In this document: one piece after another, positions 9,717-20,874 of the stretch | Numbering within the stretch: position 1 is the first letter of the stretch | Layout: the number at the start of each line of letters is the position of its first letter | NCBI GenBank assembly: GCA_963727445.1 | Contig: CAVSGI010000010.1 | Coordinates: 1,152,001-1,216,000, forward strand | Direction: 5' to 3' | Source of the DNA: an uncultured delta proteobacterium | GTDB taxonomy: Bacteria > Myxococcota_A > Polyangia > Polyangiales > B10-G4 | DNA length: 64,000 bases | The notes under the pieces: generated by a model | Databases searched by the model: none | What the model was told of the DNA's origin: nothing | What the model saw: the letters and a program-made list of their open reading frames with translations, nothing else | Translations under genes and position numbers: made by a program

Positions 9717-10970
9717 ATGCGCGCAGACCTCGCCTCCATCGCCGCTCTCATCGTCACCGCCGCCGCGCTCGCCGGCTGCGCTTCGAACGGCCGCCGGCCC
9801 ACCGGGGACACCGGGGTTGGGGTGGGCGACGCAGGCGTGGACACGAGCCCCCCCTCGGACACCGGTCCCGGACCAGACGCCACGCCGGATACGGGTCGCG
9901 TGGACACGGGCGCCGCGGACACCGGCACGATGGACACCGGCACGGTGGACACCGGCACGGTGGACACCGGCACGATGGACACGGGGCCGGGAGGCTGCGC
10001 CGCCGTGACCTGCGCGACGAACGCGACCTGCGCCGACGACACCGGCACGCCGATCTGCACCTGCGACGCGGGATACAGCGGCGACGGCACCACCAGCTGC
10101 ACGGACGTGGACGAGTGCACACCGTCCGATCCCTGCGGTATGGGCATGTGCGTGAACGCGCCGGGCAGCTACAGCTGCAGCTGCGATCCCGGATACACCT
10201 TCGACGGGACGACCTGCGCCGACGTGAACGAATGCGTGCCCACCGATCCCTGCGGCATGGGCACCTGCACCAACGAGGCCGGCAGCTACACCTGCGCGTG
10301 TCCCATGGGCTATCGCTTCGATGGAACGACCTGCGTCGTCGCCTCCGGCACCGTGCTCGTCTTCCGCGGATCGACCCGCACGACCGACACGACCGCGGCG
10401 GACGCCGTCACCGCCCTCGGCCTCACGCTGATCGACACAACCACCGACACCGCGTTCAACGCGGCGTTCGATGCCGGAGGCTTCGACGTGATCGTCTGGA
10501 CATCCCCGTCGGGCGTCGCTTCGAGCTCGCTGACCTCGGCCGTCGAATCACGACTCAGCACCTGGGTCTCCGGCGGCGGCGCGCTCATCTTCGCGTACTG
10601 GGACCTCGACACGCGCACCACCTTCAGGGCGGTGCTCGGCGTGAGCACCTCGGAGCGCACCACCTGGGTGAACCTCCAGCCGGCGATGGGCGATCCCTTC
10701 GGCTTCTTCGCGGGGGTGCCCAACCCGCTCACCGGGACGGACTCGGGCTGGGCGGACAACGGCGACTACCTCGCCCTCACCGGCGCGGGCTCCATCGCCG
10801 CCACTTTCGTCTCCGGAAGCCCCTCCGGCGCCATCGCCGTCACGCAGAGCAACCGCGTCATCACCAACGGCTTCCTCTTCTCCGACTGCCTCACCGAGGA
10901 CGTCGACACCGACGGCGTCCCCGACTGCCAGGAGCTGGCGCAGAACGAGATCAGCTACCTGCTACCCTGA
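9717..10970 (+). CDS. Lipoprotein with DTG linker, calcium-binding EGF-like repeats and a C-terminal alpha/beta domain
   Basis: Lipobox LAGC; DVDEC...CVNAPGSYSCSC and DVNEC...CTNEAGSYTCAC; tail FDVIVW...WVSGGGALIF resembles a GATase1/ThuA-like fold (weak). Confidence 0.8.
   Translation: MRADLASIAALIVTAAALAGCASNGRRPTGDTGVGVGDAGVDTSPPSDTGPGPDATPDTGRVDTGAADTGTMDTGTVDTGTVDTGTMDTGPGGCAAVTCATNATCADDTGTPICTCDAGYSGDGTTSCTDVDECTPSDPCGMGMCVNAPGSYSCSCDPGYTFDGTTCADVNECVPTDPCGMGTCTNEAGSYTCACPMGYRFDGTTCVVASGTVLVFRGSTRTTDTTAADAVTALGLTLIDTTTDTAFNAAFDAGGFDVIVWTSPSGVASSSLTSAVESRLSTWVSGGGALIFAYWDLDTRTTFRAVLGVSTSERTTWVNLQPAMGDPFGFFAGVPNPLTGTDSGWADNGDYLALTGAGSIAATFVSGSPSGAIAVTQSNRVITNGFLFSDCLTEDVDTDGVPDCQELAQNEISYLLP
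9918..9977 (+). repeat. 15-bp coding tandem repeat GACACCGGCACGRTG x4 (DTGT[MV])
   Basis: Directly visible. Confidence 0.85.
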
Positions 10971-10990
10971 CGCCGGGGTTTTCGGCACGG

Positions 10991-11395
10991 TCACTCGGCG
11001 TCGGGCCGTTGCTGAAGCGGACGACCTTCCGCCTCCCAACCCTTCACGCCACCTTCCAGGTGCGCGACGTCCCGAAATCCGAGCTCTTGGAGCGTCTTGG
11101 CACCGAGCGCCGAGCGCGAGCCGGCAGCGCAGTACAGGATCACGCGACGTCCGGGATCGAGCGCGTCGTGGTGCTGGGGCATGGTGGGATCCGCTCGAAA
11201 CTCGAGCATTCCGCGCGGGACCACCAACGCCCCCTCGATCACGCCGCACTTCGTCTCGTGCGGCTCCCGAATGTCGACGAGCACGACCCCGCCTCCCTTC
11301 AGCTCCGCCTCGACCTCCGAGGGTGTGAGGTTCTCGATGCCGGCCTTGGCCGCGGTGACCATCTCGCTTGCAGTCATTCGTTCCTCCTGGTCCAC
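10991..11395 (-). CDS. Rhodanese-like sulfurtransferase
   Basis: LVDIREPHE, VPRGMLEF, active loop YCAAGSRS, HLEGGVKGW. Confidence 0.9.
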   Translation of the reverse strand: MDQEERMTASEMVTAAKAGIENLTPSEVEAELKGGGVVLVDIREPHETKCGVIEGALVVPRGMLEFRADPTMPQHHDALDPGRRVILYCAAGSRSALGAKTLQELGFRDVAHLEGGVKGWEAEGRPLQQRPDAE

Positions 11396-11449
11396 GATCG
11401 ATTCGGGTTGGACAGGAGCCTGGCGGAGGGTGCGTTCCCGAAACGTTCC

Positions 11450-14400
11450 TCAGCCGCGAAGCGCCCGGCATCTCGCCTCGTCGAGGGGCTGCCCCGCGAG
11501 GCGATAGGCTTCGGCGGCGGCGCCGAAGCGCTCGGCGGCCGTGGGGGGATCCGCACCGGCGAGCGCCAGGTGGCCGCGAACCTCCTCGACCGCTGCGCGC
11601 CACGCGGGCAGGGGCACGATCACCTCGGCGAGCTGTTCGGCGGTCGCGGCGTGCCGGGTCGCGCGCTCGAGGTCACCCGCGCGGGCCGCGCCGATCGCCG
11701 CCGGCACGACAAGTGTGATCCGGCACGCCGGGCACGACTCGAGGGGACCGCGCACCGCGTGCTCCGCCTCTTCCACCCTGGCCAGTGAGTCGGCGGGGTC
11801 GTCCGCGACGGCGATCCGACATCCGTAGATCCGATCGAGGAGGTGGTGACAGAGATAGGAGTCGCGCGCCACGGTGAGCGCGTGGTCCAACAGAGCCGCC
11901 GCCTCCTCGCGATGGCCGCGGTGGAGTGCGACCTCGGCCCGCCGCTGGAGCGAGAGGGCCTGCCCAGCGGTCGCGCCGAGACGGCCGTGAAGCCGCGCCC
12001 CCTCGTCCAGGCTGCGCTGCGCTTCGTCGAGCGATCCGGCGAGGAGCTCCGCTTCTCCGCGGAGCGTCACCGCGAAGGCGAGTCCCCGCGCGGCACCGAT
12101 GCGCTCCGCCTCCTCCGCCAGGGACGTCGCGAAGGCGATGACCTCGTCGTAGGGGCGCGCTCCGTAGAGCATCCGCTCGGTGGCGCAGAGGTGAGCGTCG
12201 AAGACGCGCGTCGCGAGATCGGGAAGCTCCCGCGTCGCCGCCAGCTCGGCGCGCAGCTGCGCCGGCAGGTCCCCGCGTGCGTGGGCGGCGAGCGACTGCG
12301 CCCACGACGCCTCCAGGATCGCCCCCGAGTCCCCCGTCTCGAGCGCCAGGCGGCGGGCTTCGGACGCGGCGTCGTGAGCTTCGGTGGGATCGCAGTAGCC
12401 CACGGCAGCGGCACCGCTCAGGGTGAGCGCTCTCGAGATCAGCGCCGCAGTGGTGGAAGGAGCGGCCTGGGCGAGCGTCTCGAGGGCGCCCCCGGGATCT
12501 CCCGACTTGAGCTGGGCGAGCGCCTGGCGTGTGCGAACGTCCTGAGCCTCCGCTTCGGAGAGCCGCGTCGCGGCGACCGACATAGGCTGCCAGTGCGCGG
12601 CTGTCTCCCAGCGCGTCGAGGACGTCGGCGCGAAGGACGAGCGCCTCCGGGTGATCGGGCGCATGCTCGAGCACGGAGTCCAACTGGCGCAACGCATCGG
12701 CGAGCGCGCCGAGCCGAATGGCCCGCCGCGCCGCCGCCAAGAGCCACGGAACCGCCTCGGAAGGACGGGCCCCCGAAAGCCAGTGGTGCGCGATCCGGAC
12801 CGGCGAGCCGCCGGCACCTGCCAGTCGCCGAGCCGCGTCCCGATGAATCGCGATGCGGCGATGCGGCGGCACGCGCTCCACGAGCGCCTCCCGCACCAGG
12901 GAGTGGCGAAATCGGTACCGCGCGTTCGCGACGACCAGGACTCCCCGGCCGAGCGCCGCGTCGAGCAGGGCGAAGGCTTCCGATTCCGAGAGGCCGGTCA
13001 AGGCCACGATCTCCATCGTGTCCAGGTCGTCGCCCGCCAGAGCGATGCGTTCGAGCATCGCCAGAGATCCCGTGTCGAGGTCCACGAAGTCGGCGCGGAT
13101 CGCATCCCAGAGGGTCGGGGTGATCGCGATCGTCCCGTCGCGCACGTGACATCGCGCGAGCTCGCGAGCAAAAAGCGGATGACCCTCCGCCAGCGCGACG
13201 ATTCGGTCGGTGACCATGGGCGGGGGTCGCGTTTCCGCCTGTGCAGCGACAATCGCGATCACGTCCTCGGGGGACAGGGGACCCAATGCGATCTCGACGA
13301 GCCCACGAGCGCGCTCGAGCCGCGCGAGGCCGGAGACGAGCCCCGGCGACAGCTGCCCCTCGCGATGAGCGAGCACCACCAGGAACGCGTCGCTCGCGTG
13401 CGCACCGACCTCGAGCAAGACCTCCGCGCTGGCTTCGTCGGCGAGATGGGTGTCGTCGACGATCAAGACGAGCCTCCCTGCACCGACGGACGCCCGCAAC
13501 AGCTGCATGAAAGCGCCGGAGACACGATGACGCGTCAGGGCGCCGTCGATGGAGGAAGCCGGGCCCGCCAGCGGCGCGAGCTGCGCGAGCGTCGCGCGCG
13601 CACCCGGGGACAGCGACGCGAGCCGCCCTGGATCTTCGCGGACCAGTCGGTCGATCACCGCGCCGAGCGTCCCGTACGCGTCCGGCTGCGAGGCGCTCCG
13701 CACGGTGACGGCGCGAAAACCGGCCTCCTCGGCCATCGCGGACACTTGGCGACACAGGAGCGACTTTCCGATGCCGGCCGGCCCCCGAATCGCGAGCACG
13801 CCCACCTCACGGGGCAGGTCGGCGCGCAGCAGCGCCGCGCAACGAGCCAGCTCCACCTGCCGCCCGACGAAGGCCGGCTGGACGCGATCGATCCCTTCGA
13901 GGCATCGCTGGTACAGCACCTCGGTCTCGGGACTGGGCGCAATTCCGAGCTCCGCTGCGAGAACCGTCCGCAACCGGCCATACCAACGGATGGCGCGTGG
14001 GAGATCGTTTGCGTCCAGCGCGTCCTCGATCATCGCACGGTAGGGCGCCTCGTCCGTGGGCTCGAGCTCGACGAGGCGCTCCCAACGACCGCTGAGGCGT
14101 AGGAGCTCCGCGTAGCGGTCGCGCAGGTTCCGGCGGGTGGGCTCGGTCCAGTCCTCGTAGAGCGATTCGGGAAGGAGCTCGCCGCGATAGAGGGAAGCCG
14201 CCTCGAGCGCGAGCGCCGGGTCCTCGCGACCGAGCGCCTCCTCCGCCCTCGCCTCGAAGCGCTCGACGTCGACGTCGATGGCGCCCACGTTCAGCGCGAC
14301 CATCCCGCCGCGAAGCGCGATCGCGTCCTTGTCGCCCAGCGCTCGTCGCGCGTGGTGGGCCGCCTTGCGGAGGTTGGCAAAGCCGGCCTTGGCGCCGAGG

Positions 14401-14573
14401 TGCGGCCAGAGACTCTCCACCGCCTGGTCCCGGGTGAGGCGGTGAGAAGGCGAAAGTGCCAGGAGCTGAACGAGCTCGGCCGAGCGCCGGCTGGGCCATC
14501 GCTCGTTGGCCACTTCTTCCCCGTCCACAAAGACTCGAAAGCCCCCCAGGAGCTGGATGCGAAGAGACTCCAC
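11450..14573 (-). CDS. BTAD/SARP-type regulator with AAA ATPase and TPR-like tail; +1 frameshift near 12581
   Basis: LRIQLLGGFRV, LYRGELLPE, EPTDE, FVGRQVEL, Walker A GPAGIGKS, LIVDDTHLAD, YRFRHSLVREAL; continues in the 11450..12817 frame (SVAATRLSEAE). Confidence 0.8.
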
Positions 14574-14634
14574 GCTCCGAGGATACGCCCCCGACCGTCG
14601 ACCTTCGCGTCGGGTTCGGAGACACTCTGCGGGC

Positions 14635-15186
14635 ATGGACAGTGTCATCGACGCGCTGATCGGCGGAGGAAATCCGAGCCTCGAAGACGCGACGCGGGTC
14701 TTCGACTCGCTCGAGCCCGTAGCGCTCGAATTCATCTTGGGCAGATGGCGCGGACGAGAGATCGCCACCGGCCATCGCATGGAAGGCATCCTCGAGGCCT
14801 CCGGCTGGTACGGCAAGCTCTTCCTGAGCGAAGAAGAGGTGCACCCGCTGCTCTACTACACGCGCGACAGGAAGGGTCTCTTCGCCTGCGATCCGAAGCA
14901 CATTCGCATGGACGTCGACGTCGCGAAGATCAAGCCGCTCGGCAGCCTCGCGGGGATCGGCATGAAGCTGCTTCGAACCACGCGCAGCAAGGCGCGCCTC
15001 AGGATGGTCGAGCATCGCGGCCGGGTGACGGCGACGATGATCTACGACGAAAAGCCCATCTTCGACTTCTTCCGGCGGATCGACGACCATCGCGTGTTGG
15101 GTTGGATGGACCTCAAGGGCGATGTGCGCCCCTACTTCTTCATGCTCGAACGCGACGACGAGAGCGATCTTTCGCTCGAGCTCTGA
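14635..15186 (+). CDS. GXWXG + DUF4334 domain protein
   Basis: LGRWRG, GWYGKLF, ARLRMVEHRGRVTATMIYDEKPIFDFFRRID. Confidence 0.85.
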   Translation: MDSVIDALIGGGNPSLEDATRVFDSLEPVALEFILGRWRGREIATGHRMEGILEASGWYGKLFLSEEEVHPLLYYTRDRKGLFACDPKHIRMDVDVAKIKPLGSLAGIGMKLLRTTRSKARLRMVEHRGRVTATMIYDEKPIFDFFRRIDDHRVLGWMDLKGDVRPYFFMLERDDESDLSLEL

Positions 15187-15959
15187 ATGGGCCCGCTCAA
15201 GCAGCACCTGCTCGCCCTCGGCGGCGTCGTGATCGTCGGCATGCCGATCCTGGCGATCGACATGATCTTCTTCGGCCCCAGCCATCAGGGGGTCCTGGGC
15301 GGGCTCGACTTTCGCGGCTGGGTCACCGGGATGTACTTCGCCGTCGCGGCGCTCTTCTGGATCCTCTCCGGCGTGGTCGCGTTCGCGATCAAGCCGCGCA
15401 CCCTCGGCTGCCTCGGCTACGCGGGCGCCCTGCTGGTCTATCTCGTCCTGCTCGTCGGCAGCGTGAGCGCGTTCTACGCCGTCACGGATCTGAGCATGGA
15501 TTGCGAGCTCGCCGCCGAGGAGGAGGCCATGCTCGAGGAGACGCGCGCGCTCGAGAGGGACGTCTCACTCGAGGGCTGGTCGGTCCGCGATGGCGAGGTC
15601 GTGCTCAGCATTCGGTCGGCGGGGCGGGCGCGCGCGCTCTGCTCCTGGCGGGTTCAGGGCTACGTCGACGAGTACCAGGTCGGCGTGCGCGCCGAAGACG
15701 GCATCGACGAGTTCACATGCGGCACGCCCGGTCCGCATCAGACCTTGCCCGCGGGCACCTCGGAGCTGCGCCGCGCCTATCAGCTCGAGGCCGGGGATTT
15801 CCCGAAACGGTCTCGAGATGGCACGTCGAGCTGTGGATCGAGGAGGCGACCGGGATGACCCGGCTCATCTGGGAGACCAACAGGGAACAGGAGGTTTTTG
15901 CGGGCGAAAGCTACCGGCCCCTTCCCCCACCCAGCGCCGAATCCAGCACCGGGAATTGA
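15187..15959 (+). CDS. Hypothetical membrane protein (3 TM); probable -1 frameshift at a C-run near 15802
   Basis: Three hydrophobic segments; adding one C in TTCCCG continues as PETVSRWHVELWIEE to the stop at 15959; as read it stops at 15858. Confidence 0.6.
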
Positions 15960-16117
15960 GAAGACCTGACACAAGTGCCCGGAAGGTGGCAGATCCAGTA
16001 GCCAGGTCGTTTGACCACTGATCGTCACGACTCTGAGATCATTGGTGAAACTTTGCGCACCAGTGAGCGTTCTCACCTTCAATCGCCGGTATGGGTCGTG
16101 CAATCATGAGGGACGTC

Positions 16118-17677
16118 ATGCGGAATCCCCTCCACTTCGCCGTCTCCCTCGTCGCTCTCAGCTCCCTTCTCTCCGCCGCCGCCGTGGGCTGCGCGGCCAA
16201 CACCACAGACCCCGGTTCCGGCGGAAGTGCCCTCGTCGCCCCCGAGGTGGTGGCGCTCTCCACCTACGAGGCGAGCATCGGCACTTTGGTCGAGGTCTAC
16301 GGGGAGAACTTCCCTTACCGCTCCTCGGGACGGGTGATGCTCGCCTTCCAGGGCAACTTCGAGGCGGACGACGGCACGGTCTACCCGGTCGACGACGAGT
16401 TCGATGCCACGGTGGTCGACCGCGGCACCCTCCGCTGGGACAGCTTCGGCCCCTACCGCGTCCCCTTCAGCCCCACCGGCAACGAGACCGGTGAGTTCGT
16501 GGGCATCGTCTTCGCGCGCGTCGTCGACGACGACGGCAACGTGACCGAGGGCACCGAGCCGTTGGAGGCCACCTTCCGGGTCAAGCCCTCCCTCCTGGTG
16601 CACGAGCTCCAGCCGCTCAGCGCGAGCTGCGGCGCGCCGGTGCAGCGTGCCCTCGGCGGCGCGTCCTATCGCATGCGCGTCGAGGCCCTCGGCTTCGAGC
16701 CCGAGTCCTTCACCTACACGATCGCGGCCCCGGCCGCGAACGTCGCGCCCGTCTCCATTCGCCACCCGGCGACCGGTCGCTTCGATACGGTGGGCGACAA
16801 TGGCGACCTCATCTTCCCGAACGTCCCCGACGACCAGCTCTCCTACGGCGCGGTCCTCACGGTCACCGCGACCGATGTGACCGGCCAGATCCACGGCTCG
16901 ACCTTCGCCATCGGCGTGCACCGCCCCCTCGAGTTCTTCTACAACGGCAACGTCACCGTGGCCGAGGTGATGAGCCCGGTGCCGGTCAGCGCCTGCATCC
17001 CCGGCGGCACCAACGGCCGCAGCGCCAGCTACAACGAGGCGATGAGCGAGACCCGCGACCGCTCCTACTCGACCAGCTGGGACGAGACCTGGCTCTCGAG
17101 CCACACGGTGGCGGCGAGCTCCTCGCAGACCGTGGGCCTCTCCGAGACCAACGGCGTGGGCTTCGCGACCACCGACGGCGAGTCCTTCTCCTGGCGCCTG
17201 GGCGGCGAGGTCGGTGGCACGATCGGCCTGTCCAAGGTCGTGTCCCTGGGCCTCAAGGCCACCTTCGGCGTCGAGAGCACGACCAGCCGCCAGGTCCAGA
17301 ACTCCGCGAACCGCACCTCCGGCCTGAACGAGGCCAGCACCACCACCGACACCGAGTCGGCGACCGAGACCGCGGGCGGCAGCACGGGTGAGACCTTCGC
17401 GTGGTCGGTGAGCAGCACCGACACCGTGAGCCGCGACTTCGGCGGCGAGGTCATCGCCGGCACCTTCGGCGTCTTCTACCGCCAGACGCTTCGCCTGCTG
17501 CGTCGCGGCGCTCTGGTCGCCTACAACCAGTGTGGCTCCGCCGAGGTGGTGGGCGACATCGACTTCACCGACTGGACCTGGTCTCCGGACCTCGCCCTCG
17601 GGCAGTCCTGCCCCCCGCTCCCGGAGAGCAACCTTCCCGCTTACGAATGCCTCGTCTCGCCCTGCTCGGGCGAGTGA
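16118..17677 (+). CDS. Lipoprotein with IPT/Ig-like N-terminal domains and a Ser/Thr-rich aerolysin-like beta-hairpin domain
   Basis: Lipobox AVGC; ASIGTLVEVYGENF (IPT-like); ~140-aa S/T-rich stretch centred on amphipathic FSWRLGGEVGGTIGLSKVVSLGLKATFGVE. CDS is solid; function is inferred; start could be 16091 or 16106. Confidence 0.7.
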   Translation: MRNPLHFAVSLVALSSLLSAAAVGCAANTTDPGSGGSALVAPEVVALSTYEASIGTLVEVYGENFPYRSSGRVMLAFQGNFEADDGTVYPVDDEFDATVVDRGTLRWDSFGPYRVPFSPTGNETGEFVGIVFARVVDDDGNVTEGTEPLEATFRVKPSLLVHELQPLSASCGAPVQRALGGASYRMRVEALGFEPESFTYTIAAPAANVAPVSIRHPATGRFDTVGDNGDLIFPNVPDDQLSYGAVLTVTATDVTGQIHGSTFAIGVHRPLEFFYNGNVTVAEVMSPVPVSACIPGGTNGRSASYNEAMSETRDRSYSTSWDETWLSSHTVAASSSQTVGLSETNGVGFATTDGESFSWRLGGEVGGTIGLSKVVSLGLKATFGVESTTSRQVQNSANRTSGLNEASTTTDTESATETAGGSTGETFAWSVSSTDTVSRDFGGEVIAGTFGVFYRQTLRLLRRGALVAYNQCGSAEVVGDIDFTDWTWSPDLALGQSCPPLPESNLPAYECLVSPCSGE

Positions 17678-17695
17678 TCGCGGTATAGTGAGGAA

Positions 17696-18565
17696 GTGAC
17701 GGCCCGACCCATTCTGGGAGCGCTGCTCCTCGCGGCCACCATCTCGGCCGTGGGATGTGGACCGGACGTGATGGTAGCCGACAGCGGGATCGGCCCGGCG
17801 GACGGCGGCGCACCACCCTCGATTCCCTCGATCGACAACGCCTTCACGCCGGTTCCCTACCCCGTCACCAAGCTCGAAGGGCGCGCGCCCGACAGCCGGC
17901 GCATCATCGTGCGCGGCGGCGACAATCCGGTGGCGAAGGCGGTCCTTCCCGACGGCAGCTTCTGCATCGACGTGCCGATGCCCGACCCGGGCACCTACGA
18001 CTTCGAGATCGTCGGCCAGAGCATGGACGGCGTGTTCTCGGAGCCCGCCATGGTTCAGATCGTCTTCGATCCCGCGTCGGCGCCGATCCCCGGACTGACC
18101 CTCTGCAGCGGGCAAGACCCCGCGGGATGCGCGGGCTCGAGCGAGATCTGCGATGACGGTCGCGACAACGACTGCAACGGCCTCGCCGACATGCGCGACC
18201 CCGCGTGCTCGGACTGCGTGGACGACGTCTTCGAGCCGAACGACGACGTGAACGCACCCCGTGCGGACCCGGGTCGCTACGAGGGGCTCACCATCTGCCC
18301 CGGAAACTCCGACTACTACGGCATCTACGCCAACGCGGGCGACACCATCCGGGCGACGATCTATTTCTCGCAGGCGAGCGGCGATCTCGACCTGGAGCTG
18401 CTGGGTATCGATCACACGACGGTGCTGGCGACCTCGGCAACGATGACCGACGACGAGGTGGTCAGCTACGACGCGACGGATACCGGCGAATACAAGCTGC
18501 TTGTTTGGGGCCCCGACGGCTCCATGAACGGGTACACTCTCGTCGTCGATGTGACCTCCCCGTAG
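17696..18565 (+). CDS. Lipoprotein with Ig-like domain, EICDDGRDNDCNG metal-binding motif and PPC domain
   Basis: Lipobox AVGC; DVFEPNDD...DYYGI...GDLDLEL...GEYKLLV. Confidence 0.8.
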   Translation: MTARPILGALLLAATISAVGCGPDVMVADSGIGPADGGAPPSIPSIDNAFTPVPYPVTKLEGRAPDSRRIIVRGGDNPVAKAVLPDGSFCIDVPMPDPGTYDFEIVGQSMDGVFSEPAMVQIVFDPASAPIPGLTLCSGQDPAGCAGSSEICDDGRDNDCNGLADMRDPACSDCVDDVFEPNDDVNAPRADPGRYEGLTICPGNSDYYGIYANAGDTIRATIYFSQASGDLDLELLGIDHTTVLATSATMTDDEVVSYDATDTGEYKLLVWGPDGSMNGYTLVVDVTSP

Positions 18566-18595
18566 TTCAGGGGCCCAGCCCGAGCCACCCGAGAG

Positions 18596-20840
18596 GTGAT
18601 CCGTCAACGAGAAATCGTGAGGGGCTGCTCGCTCTCCTCACCGTCCCCTCGAATCGCGGCGCTGGCGCTGATCGCTGCGCTGTCGGTAAGTGCGGTCGCG
18701 CGCGCACAGCAGCCCTGGTGGGAGCAACCGCAGTCGCCGCCGGATGCGGGGGCGGGAACGGGAACGGGAACGGGAACGGGAACGGAAACGGGAACGGGAA
18801 CGGGAGCGGAAGCGGAAGCGGGAAGCGGGAACGGGAGCGGGAACGGGAGCCGGAGCGGGAACGGGAGCCGGAACGGGAGCGGGGGCGGCTGAGGGGGAGG
18901 TTCCCGATCTCGACCCGGATGCGTTCGACAATCCGCAGGGGATGAACCTGGGCGACTTGACCGGGGCGCCGGTGCTCGGCGGGCTCGACACCACGTGGCG
19001 ATGGCAGCAGGTGATGGCCTCGCCGCGCATCGGCGCGGTCCTGACCGCCATCGGGGTGGACCCCAACAATCCCAACCGCATCTTCGTCGGCACGGAGGAG
19101 GGGACCATCCTGCGTTCGCAGGACGGCGGCATCACCTGGCGCGAGCTCGAGATGGATCCGGTGGTCACCACCAACCGGAGCCTCGCCATCCAGACGCCCG
19201 GGCTGCCGCAGCTCGGCTCGCGTGTCCTCGGCGGACTGACGCTGGTCGCGCTGCCACCCGGGCAGACAAAGCCGATCAACATCCCGACCTTTCCCTTCGT
19301 GCGCCAGCCGCAGTTCGAGACGCTCTCGACCAACTTCGCCGGGCGTCGCTACATCCGGCCCTTCGTCATCAGCCCGCCCGGCGCCGGCGTCACGCTCCTC
19401 GCCGACGCGGTTCGCGGCCGGCCCACGGCGCCCATTCGCCGCATCGCGGTGTGCACGGGCGCAGAGTTTCCGCTCCTCGTCGCGAGCCAGAACGAGCTGA
19501 TGGGCTCGAACGACGGCGGCCTCACCTACGTCCGCCTCCTCCGGCTCCCCGGGCGGGTGACCGTGCGCAACATCGCCTGCTCGCCGCGCAACCCCCGCCA
19601 CATCATGGTCGCCACCAGCTTCGGCATGTTTCGAAGCACCGACGGCGGCGTCAGCTACGACCCGGATCTGACGGCGGAGCCTGGAAACTCGACCTATGGT
19701 GCGGCCTTCGGGCCGGGCCGGGAGGGCGGCGAGCGCGCCTACGTCGCCAGCGGCTCGCGCGTCTACGCGGGTGATCCCGACTCGGATGAGGGTCTGAGCT
19801 TCGTCTATCCCGACTTCAACAACTCCTCGACCGCGCCCTGGGCGGAGATCTACTGGATCGAGGCCACGGCCGACGGTCACGTGTGGATCGCCACCCGCGA
19901 CGGTGTTCGCGCGTCTTTCGACTACGGCGACAACTGGGAGACGGTCGCGCGCACGCTCCTCAGCCGCCAGCAGTCGTGGCAGGTCACGGTCGGCGTGAAC
20001 GAAAGAGGCGGTCGCCGGGTGGTGGTGCTGGCGCGCGACTGCCCGTCGCGCTGTCGGGGCAGCCTGCTCTACGCGAGCGACGACAACGGCCAGACCTGGT
20101 TCCCCTACTTTCAAGGCGCCACGCGACGCAACCTGAACTACGTCGCGGCCGCCCCCGCGGCACCGGGGATCCCGCCCCGCTGGTGGGTGGTGGCGGGCGG
20201 CGAGCTCTGGGCGACCGTTCCCGGCGCGACGCGCTCCGGGGGCGACGTGGACCAGCGTTCGGCGACCTGGGCGCGGCGGCTCCTCCGCCAGAGCCCGGAC
20301 ATGGACACGGTGATCAACGCCGTGCTCGACGAGCTCGAGCTGAACCGGCGGCAGATCGACGGAATGTTCAACGCGATCCGCTTCCGCAACTTCGCCCCGC
20401 GGCTGCAGATCGAAGCGATCTGGCAGCGGCGGCAGTTCACCCGCCGCGAGCAATGTATCCCCATATGCATGGAACCGGACGGCATGGGGGGCACTCGGCA
20501 GGTCCAGTTCTGGAACGAGAACTGGGCGCGCGAAGACTTCGTGGTCCGCGGATGGCTCGAGTGGCGCTTCCGCGACATGGCGTACTCCACCAACGAGCTG
20601 TCGCCGCGGCGCAACGAGCTCTACACGCTGCGCCTGCAGGTGGCCTACGTGACCGAGGACGCCTGGCACGAGCGCACGCTGCACCTGCAGCGTATCGCCC
20701 GCGGGATGAGCGACCGACTGCAGGTGGAGATCTTGAAGGAACGCATCACGGCCCTCGAAGCCGTGATCGAGACGTGGCTCGGTCGGCCTATCACCACCCT
20801 GCCGCGTGGCGGCATGAGAATTCGCGGGGGCAGCGAGTAG
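18596..20840 (+). CDS. Secreted BNR/Asp-box beta-propeller protein with C-terminal TolC-half-like domain; +1 frameshift in the hexamer repeat near 18822
   Basis: Signal peptide in the 18596 frame (AALALIAALSVSAVARA-Q); Asp-boxes RSQDGGITW, SNDGGLTY, RSTDGGVSY, SFDYGDNW, ASDDNGQTW in the 18690 frame. Confidence 0.75.
18749..18888 (+). repeat. Hexanucleotide tandem repeat (GGAACG/GGAGCG variants) encoding a Gly-Thr/Gly-Ala linker
   Basis: Directly visible; contains one extra base that breaks the frame. Confidence 0.9.
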
Positions 20841-20874
20841 CCCCCCAGAACAGAAGACGGGAAGTACTGAGGAG

